64,000 nt of DNA. Source: Octopus vulgaris. Taxonomy: Eukaryota. Positions 1 through 11,906 of the stretch are shown here, in pieces. Every line of letters starts with the position of its first letter. Position 1 is the first letter of the stretch. The stretch is taken from NCBI GenBank assembly GCA_951406725.2, contig OX597814.1, forward strand, positions 168,640,001 to 168,704,000, read 5' to 3'. A program made the translations under genes and the position numbers. Below the pieces are notes generated by a model that saw only the letters and a program-made list of their open reading frames with translations, ran no database searches and was not told the DNA's origin.

Positions 1-147
1 ATATGTATGTATATATATATATATATATGTTTATCACGGAATCGGCCAGACTATTGGATGTTGTTATACATCGCTGGTCACAATGCACTTCACATCGTCT
101 CTCAGCTATCGAATAATGTCAACACCGGTAGTTAGGCGAGCAGGCTA

Positions 148-198
<51 letters not shown>

Positions 199-732
199 GC
201 AAAACACTGCTGATTTACAAAGTAATGATTTATGCACTAGAGGAGCTATAATATATTTGTTAGTGCCATGTAAATGATCAACAAATACAAAATTAACATC
301 TATTACATGATTCAATAAATGAACAGGAATTGAGAATTTCTATTTTACAATGTTTAATGTTTAGAAATGTCTTCTCTGTTTTTCTTTTTTTTTTAATAAG
401 TTTATTTTATTGGAATTAATTTTGGAAAGAGATTGTGAGTGTACATGACTCTTGTGAACATTGTATTATATGTACATGGATAATTGAATCTATCACAATC
501 AATGAATGACATTTTTAGATAGTTTTAGATACAGTCTAGTATGTCAGTTTGATCGGCAGTTTGCTTGCCTGTGAGTTTGTTTGCTTGTTTGTTTGTTTGT
601 GTGTCCTTGTGTATGCGCCCGTGTCTGTGTGTGCGTGCGTGCGTTTTTGCAGCAGGAATGTCCCCTACGTTAGAAGCAGTACTCCGATTTCTATATCAAA
701 TATTTTCGGTTCAGGTCAGAAACTCCGTATAT

Positions 733-778
733 TTGTCACTGAGGAGACCAAACCAGGTTGAAACAACCTGTCTGACGA
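733..778 (+). ncRNA. Type I hammerhead ribozyme (minimal, Penelope/retrozyme type)
   Basis: TTGTCA-CTGAGGA-GACC aaacca GGTT-GAAA-CA acc TG-TC-TGACGA. Stem I TTGTCA/TGACGA, intact CUGANGA and GAAA core, stem II GACC/GGTT, short stem III, GUC cleavage triplet (cut after 772). Confidence 0.75.
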
Positions 779-1984
779 TCTCCTGACATTCTGAGCAAAG
801 CTATGTCTTTTCTTTTTATTATACAAGTGTCTTTCAGAAGTTTCTCAAAGACAAAATATAACAGCATTTGGCATTCCATGTTTGTATGTACATTATAAAT
901 ATACATACGTGTGTAAAACATTTTTGAACCCTTCATAAATTAAAATAGCTTCTTAAGTTTGGTGGATCCTTGAAAATAAATTGTACCGCTAATTTTTTTC
1001 TCTATTGTTTCCATCCCTAGAACATGCTTTCTGTTCTTTTGAAATTTCTGTTTCTATAACATTCCCAATGTGGGAATCTAAATGCTAGAAATAACAACGA
1101 AATTCTATCAAATCACACGCTACTACCTTACAAAAGAAAAAAAACCCTACCACTTGAAATAGCGTAGTCTGAGATTTACTATTTTTTTTTAAAGAACAAA
1201 ACTGGGTGGTTTTGGCGGGACCGTCTTTTGATCTTGTCTGTTCGATCAGTGTTGATCAGGGGCCAAAGGACAATAACAACCTCTCCTTTTCTCATTTTAG
1301 TCATGTTTTTGTCTCCCTCTCAGATTCCATCCTAAATACTCTGCCAAATTCTTCACCCCACTTCCAGTGCCACAACTGCATTCGTTTGGTCCGCCTTTCG
1401 TGTTTCTGTATTTCCTTCAACAATTTTAACTCGACTTCAAATGTATTAACTACCCCACTCCCCCATCCGCACTCATTCCACTCCTTTGGCTAAGGGAAAG
1501 GTCTAAAAGGGGAGAACCATTAGTGTGCTGTCTCTCCTCCTTATACTGACGAATCGAAAAACCAGAAACGAAAGCAAACAAACAAATAAATAAATCTATT
1601 TGAATTACAAATCTGTGATTTGGAATAATTTTATCGATTATTTTGTTCTGCAATTTCATCCGATTTATAGAATCAGTATACTTTTTTTTATGTCTTTATA
1701 AAAAAATTACTCTAAAATCTTCAGATCACACAAGGCATGACTGTATTTTCGGCAATTTTGAAAGCACTATTATTATTAGTTTCGCTTATTATGGTTTTGT
1801 TTTAGTCATTTCTACATGCAACGCTGGCCATAACGTAGCCAATGACGTTTATTGAATAAAAAAAAAAGGAAAAGAAAAAAAAAAGAAAAAAGATCATTGC
1901 TTGCTGAAAACAACTGTACTAAATTATGTTTTATGAATGAAAGACAGAATAAAATTTGTAAAAATAAATAAATGATATGGACAC

Positions 1985-2150
1985 AGTCATGGCTATGTGG
2001 TTAAGAAGTTTATTTCGCAATCATATGATTCTGCGTTCGACTTCACTAGAGGGAAGCTTTTGATAAGTATCTTCTACCACTGCACTGGGTCAACCAAAGC
2101 TTTGCAGATGAAATTTGTTAGACGGATTATGTATAGAATCTCGTTGAGTG
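1985..2150 (+). mobile_element. Degraded tRNA-derived SINE head (family A)
   Basis: GGCTATGTGGTTAAGAAG...GCGTTCGACTTCACT...CAACCAAAGCTTTG aligns by eye with the intact family A copies at 29071 and 48917. Confidence 0.55.
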
Positions 2151-2368
2151 TGTATATATATTTTTTCCTTGTAGTTTCATTCAGTCTTTGGACTGCAGGC
2201 GTGCTGCATCACCTCCTTCAACGGTCTTATGTTATTTATATCAACCCCCAGGACTGATTTCAATCTGGTAATTAATTATCGAATGGTTAGGTTATCTTTA
2301 GACGTGAAGGGACGCAATTCGACATACTGTTTTACACTAGTATACACTGACACATAGACCTACACACA

Positions 2369-2406
<38 letters not shown>

Positions 2407-3169
2407 ATGTATGTGTGTCTGTCTGTCTGTATGTATGTATGTACTACGTATGTACGTATATACGTATGTGTGTATGTGCGATTTTATGTATGTGTGTATG
2501 TATGTCACTCAAGTTCGGGAGTTCTGGAGTTGTAGGGAGCGTGGAGTCACTCCTTTATTGCCATTACTCCTAGGTCCCTTCTGATCCGGAATTGTAGTAC
2601 CTGTCAGAATCCCATTTGTGGGTTAAATAGATTTCTCAGAGGTAGAGAAGGCTCCGGTTGATTTTAGCGAAGCCGTGGGGAAGGCAGCTCTTCTAGGAGA
2701 AAAATATTCTCAAAATAGTACCAATCATCTTTCAATGCTTGAGACTGGAACCTTCTATAGCGATCGAGAGAGTGGCAAACGTGTTGCACAAGCTTTTATC
2801 ACTTAAATCCAATGTCTCACTATCATTTCATTTCTTGATCCGTTTTTGTATTTTATATGTCAATAGATGCGTGGCTGAAAAGCCATATCTGCACACATGC
2901 AAAGATGGAAGTGAGACGGCTATCATCTGACAAGACGAGGCAATCATCATGTATGTTTGCTTAATAGTCGTCCTGCAGACGGATAAAATTGTGTGCCGAA
3001 ATCTTTGTTCACGCTTTGATTGAATACGCAATGACTAAAGCTGCATTAACGACCCGGAACATTCTTATATGATAAAAATAACATGCTAAAGCATTTTTAG
3101 TGTGGTCATTATTTGTCTGTGTTATATGAGAAAAAAATAACTACACAAGAAAATTCTATCGCTTTATAC

Positions 3170-3540
3170 AATATTTTAATTTAACGTATGCCTCTAAAGA
3201 ATGTCTGAATACCAAAATATTCCCTGCAAAAGATCGATTTCCATTCTTTTTCGTTGCCATAATGCTAAGTCTACATGAATTTCCTGCTCTGGACATGATT
3301 ATATAAAACTGGCCGTAGGGGAATCATGCGTAGTTCTTTTAGGTAGATATCGACCTTTGAAAGCATTTGGCCTTGAACTTTGAAAATTGGAAGATCCCAA
3401 CAGTAGCTTGATATGAAATATTGCCTTTGCATTTGGAATTGGCAGTGCTTAATCACTCGGTGGCATATGTATTCTTGGAATAAATAAATCTTTCCCTTTA
3501 TAAGCGCCAGAAGCCATAACAGCGTAAATAACTTTGCCGA
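3170..3540 (-). pseudogene. Helitron Rep-Hel (PIF1-like helicase) C-terminal fragment, frameshifted
   Basis: Translations GAYKGKDLFIPRIHMPPSD and KVQGQMLSKVDIYLKE match PIF1 motifs (FIPRI..PSD; KSQGQTL.KVGIYL). Same region as the better copy at 57286-58445. Confidence 0.7.
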
Positions 3541-3552
3541 GCGAGAGCGAGA

Positions 3553-3608
<56 letters not shown>

Positions 3609-4526
3609 GAGAGCGAGTGAAAGAGAGAGAGAGATAGATTGGATAAATAAATAAATAAATAAATAAATAAATATATAAAGGCAGAAAGGTCAGAAATGTT
3701 TGGTTTGATGATGTTTATGTAACTATACATATTTCTAATCCGTAATGTTCTTTCTTTTTCTGTATCATATTCCCACTCGCGCTTCTTTTCTGTCTTGCCT
3801 TTCTTCTTTTCTCTCTTTTATTTTTATTCTCCCACACTGTCTTTTCTCTTTGCTTTCTTACCCGGCATCGATTCTTGCTATAATTCTCTCTAACTTTCCC
3901 CCATCAAAAATTGTAACGACGGACACTCTTCTCTTTCTCTATGTCATACTTTTTTCTTTCCTTATCTTTCCTACGTCTCTCTCTCTTCTTCCTTCACTTC
4001 ATTTCTCTTTTTCTCCACCTGCGTAGGTGCGATTTATAGATATTTCGATTTATTTCCGGAGGCACATATAAATACATTGCAAATCTGTACTACGTACGTA
4101 CGTACGTACGTACATAGATACATACATGCATACATACATGTATTATGCAACAGTGAAAGATAGCAGAATCGGTGTGTCCAAGAAAAATACATTGTTGTAT
4201 ATAGCTACGTTCCTCTGGATTTTAGCATTTACTGTTTTATATTTCGAGGTCGACAAAATAAGTACCAAAGTACTTATGCTGACATCATAATTTAAAATTC
4301 TTTTCCGTTGGAACCCGTGACACCGTGACACCAAAGAGGGAACTTCTATGCAGTCGTATCAGTTGCCAGAAGCAACCGATCAAATCGCCCTCAAATTACA
4401 CCCTTCTAGTTTAAACTGGGTAAATGCATTGGATAACTCAGCCAAATATATAATACAGCGCAAAGACAGGATGGTCATTGATATTTTCGGGGATCATATA
4501 ACTGTCAGACGTATTAATGGATCACA

Positions 4527-5043
4527 TAAAAAATAAATAAATGCGCCCTTTTAAAGCCTAGCCAGGCTCATGGGCCCGGTTTCCCGGTTTCTATGGCGTA
4601 TGTGTTCCCCAGCTGGACGGGATGCCAGTCCATCGCAGTGTTACTCATTTTTGCCTGCTGAGTGAACTGGAGCAACGTGAAATGAAGTGTTTTGCTCAAG
4701 AACACAACGCGTCACCCGGTCCAGGAATCGAAACCACAATCTTACGATCATGATGCTGACACCTTAACCACTAAGCCACGCGCCTCTACAAAAAATGTTC
4801 CTTCTCTAGCCATGCCATGCTCATAAGGGACGGTTTCCCGGTTTCAGTGGCGTAGAAATTCCCCACCTGGACGGGATGCCGGTCCGTCGCAGGATTACTC
4901 ATTTTTGCCAGCTGAGTGAACTGGAGCAACGTGAAATGAAGTGTTTTGCTCAAGAACACAACACATCGCCCGGTCCAGGAATCGAAACCACAACCTTACG
5001 ATCATGAGTTCAACACCCTAACCACTAAGCCACGCGCCTCCAC
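4527..5043 (-). mobile_element. Two tandem tRNA-derived SINEs (family D head, CORE-like centre) inside one TSD
   Basis: Two ~255-bp units, each with minus-strand A box GTGGCTTAGTGGTTA and B box GGTTTCGATTCC. TAATGGATCACA occurs at 4515-4526 and 5044-5055. Confidence 0.85.
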
Positions 5044-5139
5044 TAATGGATCACACAGCTGTACATAATGAAGAGTTAAATAAGTTCCCACTACTGATGG
5101 ATCTCATTGCTGTTGCACATTCCAGTATGTCACATAGTT

Positions 5140-5548
5140 GGGATCTTTTCGATTTGACCGGCAGTTTTTAAAAATAATTTCCACGTAACTAAACACTTTT
5201 AAACTTCGTATACTGGTAGAATGTGTTTATAAAACATCTTTTTCTCTTGGCTTTATTGAGAAAATTCCATAGTTTGTAAGATATTTGTTGTCTTTTTCTT
5301 CAGTTTCTGCAATTTCAACCAATCAATGACGTCTATTGAGGTGAAAACATTCTGTGCCGTATGAATGTGTCCCTCGTTTAAGAAACAGATTGGGTTTATT
5401 TACATTTGTGAAGGAAAAAGATACTCTCCCCCCCACCCCTAACCCTAAAACAGATTGAAATGCAATAGATCGATACTAGGGTCATAATTATGGGTGACAA
5501 TTTCATATGACACCGCTAGAAAAAAAGCCGGTCAAACGAAAAGATCCC
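5140..5548. mobile_element. MITE with ~30-bp TIRs and 6-bp TSD
   Basis: GGGATCTTTTCGATTTGACCGGC at the left end and GCCGGTCAAACGAAAAGATCCC at the right. ATAGTT at 5134-5139 and 5549-5554. Confidence 0.85.
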
Positions 5549-6729
5549 ATAGTTGATCCACACTAATGGATTATATAGTTTCCGTGTCCACTAATGGAAC
5601 ACAAAGTTGCTGCTAAAAAAAAAAAGAAAAAAAAAACTTATTACAAATGCCTATTCCAAAGTAGTTTCCTTCTATTCTTTCGTTAGACAATTTCCTAAAC
5701 CGCCAAGTTATTATCTGAAACTCTTCAAGAATTTCACTGATTATTACTATTTCTGTTCTTGTCATCCATACCAGTTAAATATCAACTATACATGTTAGAA
5801 AAACTGCGCTAGTACCGCTAATAGCTATTGCCGTAAATCTATTATGTTACCTTGGCTCTGTTCTGGTCTCTGTTGTCATTGCTTTTAACATCAAATTTCA
5901 TGTTCCCAGCACCTATTCATTTATACGAAGAAGGCTGTATACCACCCGCGTATTTTAATGTTACTGATATGCTTTCTTGTTGTAGCATTTGTTGTCTTTG
6001 TTCTAAATTAGCCTTCGCAAATAATCTGAAGCAATTATCTGTCACAGCGCACACCCGCTATGCTAATCTTACCGTCGTACAATTTAATGCTTCTAACGCA
6101 TACATCAAACAGTGCTGTCACAACCTCATTTCCTATGTATATTCACAACCCCCAAACCTCTGAATGCAACACTGTTAACTTCTGATTACTTCGACCCATA
6201 CATTGTCATTATACTCTCACACTCATATTTAATTCCATTTGCTGCAATTTATAACTTGAGCATTAGATGCTGTTTTGCTTCTCCCGGAAGAATTCATCAT
6301 ATACATAAATCAATATAGAATAATAGATTCTCTGACACAAAAGTAAGGATCTGTTTGTAAATTCATTTCAGTTCCATGCAGGAAAAGTATTCGTCTGTTC
6401 TTGTTCTTTATTTCGTAAGGTTACTGAACTTTAATACAGATATTCTAACCTGGCTAGAGTGGGGACTAGTTTTCTTATAGTTTAATGTCATGTTTTAACT
6501 ACTTGGCAAAAGATGCTGGGAAATATTCTTTGCAAGTGTCTTTTCATCCAGTTGTTTTATGAGATGTAATAGCCGTGAAATTGTTTAGCACAACAGAACA
6601 GCGGATTAAGTTCAACATTCTAAGTTTAAATCATCAGGATCGACTTTATTTTTTGTCCTCCACAAAAAGTAAATGCTAGGAATATACTGACGTTAATTGA
6701 AAGGGTTGTCAAACGCCTCTAGGGATTAG

Positions 6730-7311
<582 letters not shown>

Positions 7312-8562
7312 TAGTCTTATTTTTATAACGTGCTTTCACTACACTACCGAGCGTAGCTCTGTGTGCCTTGGGTATGTGCTGTGGTTTGCTGTGATGATCC
7401 CCCACTACTTCTGCTCGTGATCAGAGTTGCACATATCGCCAGCCACAAAGGGACATACTCAACTGGTTAAAGTCAAGCAACTGACACACAAATCTGTAGT
7501 ATTGAGCAGAATATTTGCTGTAGCCCATCTTTTATGCCAAGACAAAACATGTAAATGATAACACTTCCAACCAGTTAAGATCCGAAGCCATGAGAGCCAG
7601 TGACTAGTTTCAGTGTGACTAGCTAGAGAATTGTCTATAACCTCTGTACGTCTTTTTAATCTGGTGAAATAGATGCATTTGAGGTACAGCTAGAACTTTT
7701 GTAAGTCGGCGATGCCTGTTGGAGGAAACAGGAATAAGGAAGGAATTTCAGAAGGTTCTAGGAAGAACAAAATGTTTAGGGAATGGGGGTTTTGAGTTGA
7801 GGCATAGTAAGATGAAAAGGAAAAACTGCATGTGGTGTACAACTCAATGGTTCAATGGAGTAGAAGCTATTATTGTAGAGTCACAAGAGACAGTGAGAAA
7901 ACACAGCACATATTGTTGGTCATTGTGTGCTGGTTGATGAGACTTTGCCAATCAGCTGGGTACCATGTGAAATAGATTGTTTATGTAACAACAACAGCAG
8001 TAGCAGCGGCGGCGGCAACGCTAGCGGCTGCAGCAATAACGCTATCCCAAATAAATGAGCTGTACTTTAATTTTTGGTGGCTTTCATTTTGGAAAGGATT
8101 GATAATTGATATTTATGTGAAGTATTTTCTGTCTCTGAAGAAAAACCAAGTTTTTGGGCCGCCATTTTAGCAATATTGTATACATGCGTCACTATAGCCC
8201 ATTTTTCTGCAGTTCTGAGAGAGATTTGGTTGCTGTTTCTAGCGGATCGAGTGACTGCGTCTAGGCTCCTTCATTGCTCCATAATGCGGTTATCCTCTGT
8301 CTACGCATGTGTGTGTAGTTTGAAGCAACAATAAGTTGTTTACATTGTGCTAAGTCACAAGAAGCTAAGACGAGATTTCATTGAGTTTTCACTACAATCG
8401 GATCTTATTCGCTTCCATCAAACTAATAACGGTTTTAAGTTTTGCCACAAGGGCAGTCATTTTGGGGGAGGGAATGGGTCGATTACATTGACCCCACTCT
8501 TCAATTGGTAAATAGAGGAATTTATCTGTATATGTAATATGTGACAATTATTCGGTAGCTAT

Positions 8563-8623
8563 GATAAAACTCCGAGTTTCGGATGCCGAGGTGGAAATCC
8601 ATGCCGCCATCTCTTCAGTTATC
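8563..8623 (-). ncRNA. Type I hammerhead-like motif (left arm of palindrome)
   Basis: Minus strand GATAA-CTGAAGA-GATG...CATCC-GAAA-CTCGGAG-TT-TTATC. Stem I GATAA/TTATC is perfect. Confidence 0.55.
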
Positions 8624-8665
8624 CGGCCATCGGAAAGAATGCTATGAAAATCTTTCCGATGGCCG

Positions 8666-8726
8666 GGTAACTGAAGAGATGGTGGCGTGGATTTCCACCT
8701 CGGCATCCGAAACTCGGAGTTTTATC
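8666..8726 (+). ncRNA. Type I hammerhead-like motif (right arm of palindrome)
   Basis: GGTAA-CTGAAGA-GATG...CATCC-GAAA-CTCGGAG-TT-TTATC. Near-palindromic stem III, GUU triplet, one extra C at the base of stem II. Confidence 0.55.
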
Positions 8727-8756
8727 ATGGCTACCGAATAATTGTCACATATTACG

Positions 8757-8809
<53 letters not shown>

Positions 8810-9489
8810 CACGCGTGTACACGCATGCGCGATGGATTTCCATACAGCTTACATCTACCAAATTCACTTACGTGGCATTGGTCGATTGATTGCTGTGGAC
8901 CTATACTAGAAGACACTCGCTCAAAGTGCCACGCAGTGGGACCGACCCTGAGACCACACGTGGTTGCAACCCAATAAACTATTTATATTCTTCGAAGATA
9001 CAGTGTACTCACCCTTAATCAACAATGATATTTGTAACAATAAGCCAAGTCTAGAAAATCAGTTAAGCTGAAAATAATATATAAATAAACAGAGAAAAGA
9101 GAACTACAATTGAGATATTCGCAATGTTAAAATGAAGTGTTTGTTCAGTAGACACAATTTAAGATGGGGGTCATTGTGTTCAGCACTTTCGCTTCAAGGA
9201 GGAAGCCATTTTATATATTTTTTTAAACTTGAAGATTAGTATCCGGTAAAAAGCTTTTAAGAAATTGTTGAAGCTTCTGGGGGATGGGATGGGAAGAAAG
9301 GTAATTTTTTTTTTCCCCCCACCAAGTCTTTTTTTTTTACGAGAAATAAAATTAAAAAGTGAAATGTTCAGACATGCAACATAAAACAAAAACATGTTTA
9401 CGCGTATAGAAGAAAATATAACAAACCTGACAATTCAGTCATAAAGAGAGAAGCGTCTGATGCTATTGTTGAAAGCGCGCGCGCACACT

Positions 9490-9546
<57 letters not shown>

Positions 9547-9739
9547 CATATCGCTCGATTAAACCGCTTCAAGGCGGTGGGTGCCCCAGCATGGTCGCAG
9601 TTTAATGACAACATGAAAAAGATAAAAGAGATATATACGTACATACATACATATATACATACTTACCTACACATACACATATACGTTTCATGACGACCTG
9701 TGGCCACATATGCATGTAGATGCATGTACATATACGTAT

Positions 9740-9813
<74 letters not shown>

Positions 9814-9818
9814 TATAT

Positions 9819-9895
<77 letters not shown>

Positions 9896-10422
9896 TATTG
9901 GAAAAAGACATCCGGTATAGAGGAATTTAAATCGTGAATAGCGAACTAGCTGTGAAAAAATGAAAAAGGGGAAGTGAAAAATAATAAAAATAAATAAAAG
10001 AACCGCTTGTACTCGTGAAAGGTCAACCACTGTTTTGTGAGAGTATGCGAGTAATGCGACAATATAACGCTTACAATACAAGTTAGATATACATTGTCAA
10101 ACAGATTTTGTGCCCATACTGGAAAAGACATGTATAGGCAGACATATATATATATATATATATAAGCTTCGAATGTCTCGTCCGTGTTTTTTCTATCGTC
10201 TTCTAAATGTTTTACGTTCTTGTCCCAGTTTGTATTTTTCTACATATAATATATATATAATATAAGGGATATTAGCCAACTGAATATGGCTAGGGACAGG
10301 GCAGGGTGGTGGGGGTGTCACTGTTGCATTTAGCCCCAGGCGAACATCAACGTCACCAGATAGGCCGACGCCATCACGGCGTCCTCTATCTTGCAAAGGG
10401 AGATCATTCACCAAGAAGCGGA

Positions 10423-10476
10423 TACCACACACGGACCTAGGTTTCAAGGTGTATTGCCTATTATCAACGTGTGGTA
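10423..10476 (-). ncRNA. Type I hammerhead ribozyme, U3-A8 core variant (copy 1)
   Basis: Minus strand TACCACACG-TTGATAA-T AGG caataca CCT T-GAAA-CCTAGG-TC-CGTGTGTGGTA. Palindromic stem III, GUC cut between 10434 and 10433. Confidence 0.75.
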
Positions 10477-10777
10477 GGCATCGCTTCTCGATGAACGACC
10501 AACCGTGCAAGATACATATAAATATTTTCAAGTAAATACATTTACTGATTTCGAAAATCTGTTCGACAGCAATAATAATTCTCTAAATGAGATATAGACA
10601 GTGACTGCTCCATAATATAAGGGATATTAGCCAACTGAATATGGCTAGGGACAGGGCAGGGTGGTGGGGGTGTCACTGTTGCATTTAGCCCCAGGCGAAC
10701 ATCAACGTCACCAGATAGGCCGACGCCATCACGGCGTCCTCTATCTTGCAAAGGGAGATCATTCACCAAGAAGCGGA

Positions 10778-10831
10778 TACCACGCACGGACCTAGGTTTC
10801 AAGGTGTATTGCCTATTATCAACGTGTGGTA
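10778..10831 (-). ncRNA. Type I hammerhead ribozyme, U3-A8 core variant (copy 2)
   Basis: Same motif as copy 1, with stem I 3' strand CGTGCGTGGTA. Cut between 10789 and 10788. Confidence 0.75.
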
Positions 10832-10883
10832 GGCATCGCTTCTCGATGAACGACCAACCGTGCAAGATACATATAAAGATTTT

Positions 10884-10939
<56 letters not shown>

Positions 10940-10947
10940 AGAGAGAG

Positions 10948-11016
<69 letters not shown>

Positions 11017-11292
11017 TAGGAGGAGAGGTGGGAGATGATTGTATGACTGAAGTGTCTATGTGTGTTCTGGTATGAGGTCACACAAGAGAGATAGGTAGAT
11101 AGATAGATGGATAGATAGGGAGAGGGAGAGAGAGAGTGAAAGAGGAAGGAAGGGTAGAAATCAGTGCAGTGTGATGTAAATAAATAGAATGAAAAGAAAG
11201 AAATCAGACACATTTAACCGTTCCTTTGAATATTTTTGAATAAAACCAATAAATCAATAAACTTGATGATCAGTAATGTTTGAAACGAGGAA

Positions 11293-11373
<81 letters not shown>

Positions 11374-11478
11374 GGAAAGAGAGAGAGAAAGAGAGAGAGG
11401 AAGCTTCCTTATTTTAGTGCAATGATCCAAAGAGAAACAAATTAATATTACATTGCAAGAGGATAAAGAAGAGATAAA

Positions 11479-11546
<68 letters not shown>

Positions 11547-11906
11547 CAACAATAATAATAATTCTTTCAAATTTTGGCACATTTTAAGGGGAAAGGGCAA
11601 AAATAATAATAGCAATTTCTAAAGGAAGAATCAACATAGATAATCTTTATTGATTCTGCTCTTATAATTACTGGTTTTCTTATTATTGAGAATGTGTGTG
11701 TGTGTGTGTGTGTGTGTGATGCCAACTAGTACTCTTAGTCACTTTAGTGAAGTCTATACTTCTGCCTTTCGGTTGTAAATTGCGAATAAGCCACCTTTAT
11801 AATTTATAATTTTCACTTTTACCTTTTAGGAAATCAGCGTACGAGCTCTACGGTAACACATATAACCTGACTAAACGAGCTAGCATAACCCACTAAGCAG
11901 ATGGGT

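Larger units (their letters stand above)
8527..8762. repeat. ~112-bp-arm palindrome (inverted PLE pLTR-like segment)
   Basis: Arms 8527-8638 and 8651-8762 are near-perfect reverse complements around a 12-nt spacer. Confidence 0.95.
10257..10886 (-). mobile_element. Tandem 355-nt unit (~1.8 copies) with one hammerhead per unit: non-LTR retrozyme candidate
   Basis: 10257-10531 is repeated almost exactly at 10612-10886 (offset 355). Each copy holds an HHR inside a long rod-like stem. Flanked by (TA)n. Confidence 0.8.

Noticed and set aside
1545-1580. CTGACGA...GAAA word pair
   Set aside because: No stem II closing pair and no stem I or III; treated as chance.
7620-7970. Possible CR1/L2 ORF2 C-terminal relic on the minus strand
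   Set aside because: Too decayed to show a convincing motif by eye.
10193-11213. Duplicated minus-strand ORFs (112 aa and 223 aa) sharing KIFICILHGWS...
   Set aside because: A by-product of the 355-bp tandem repeat plus microsatellite. No protein motif; RNA structure explains the sequence better.
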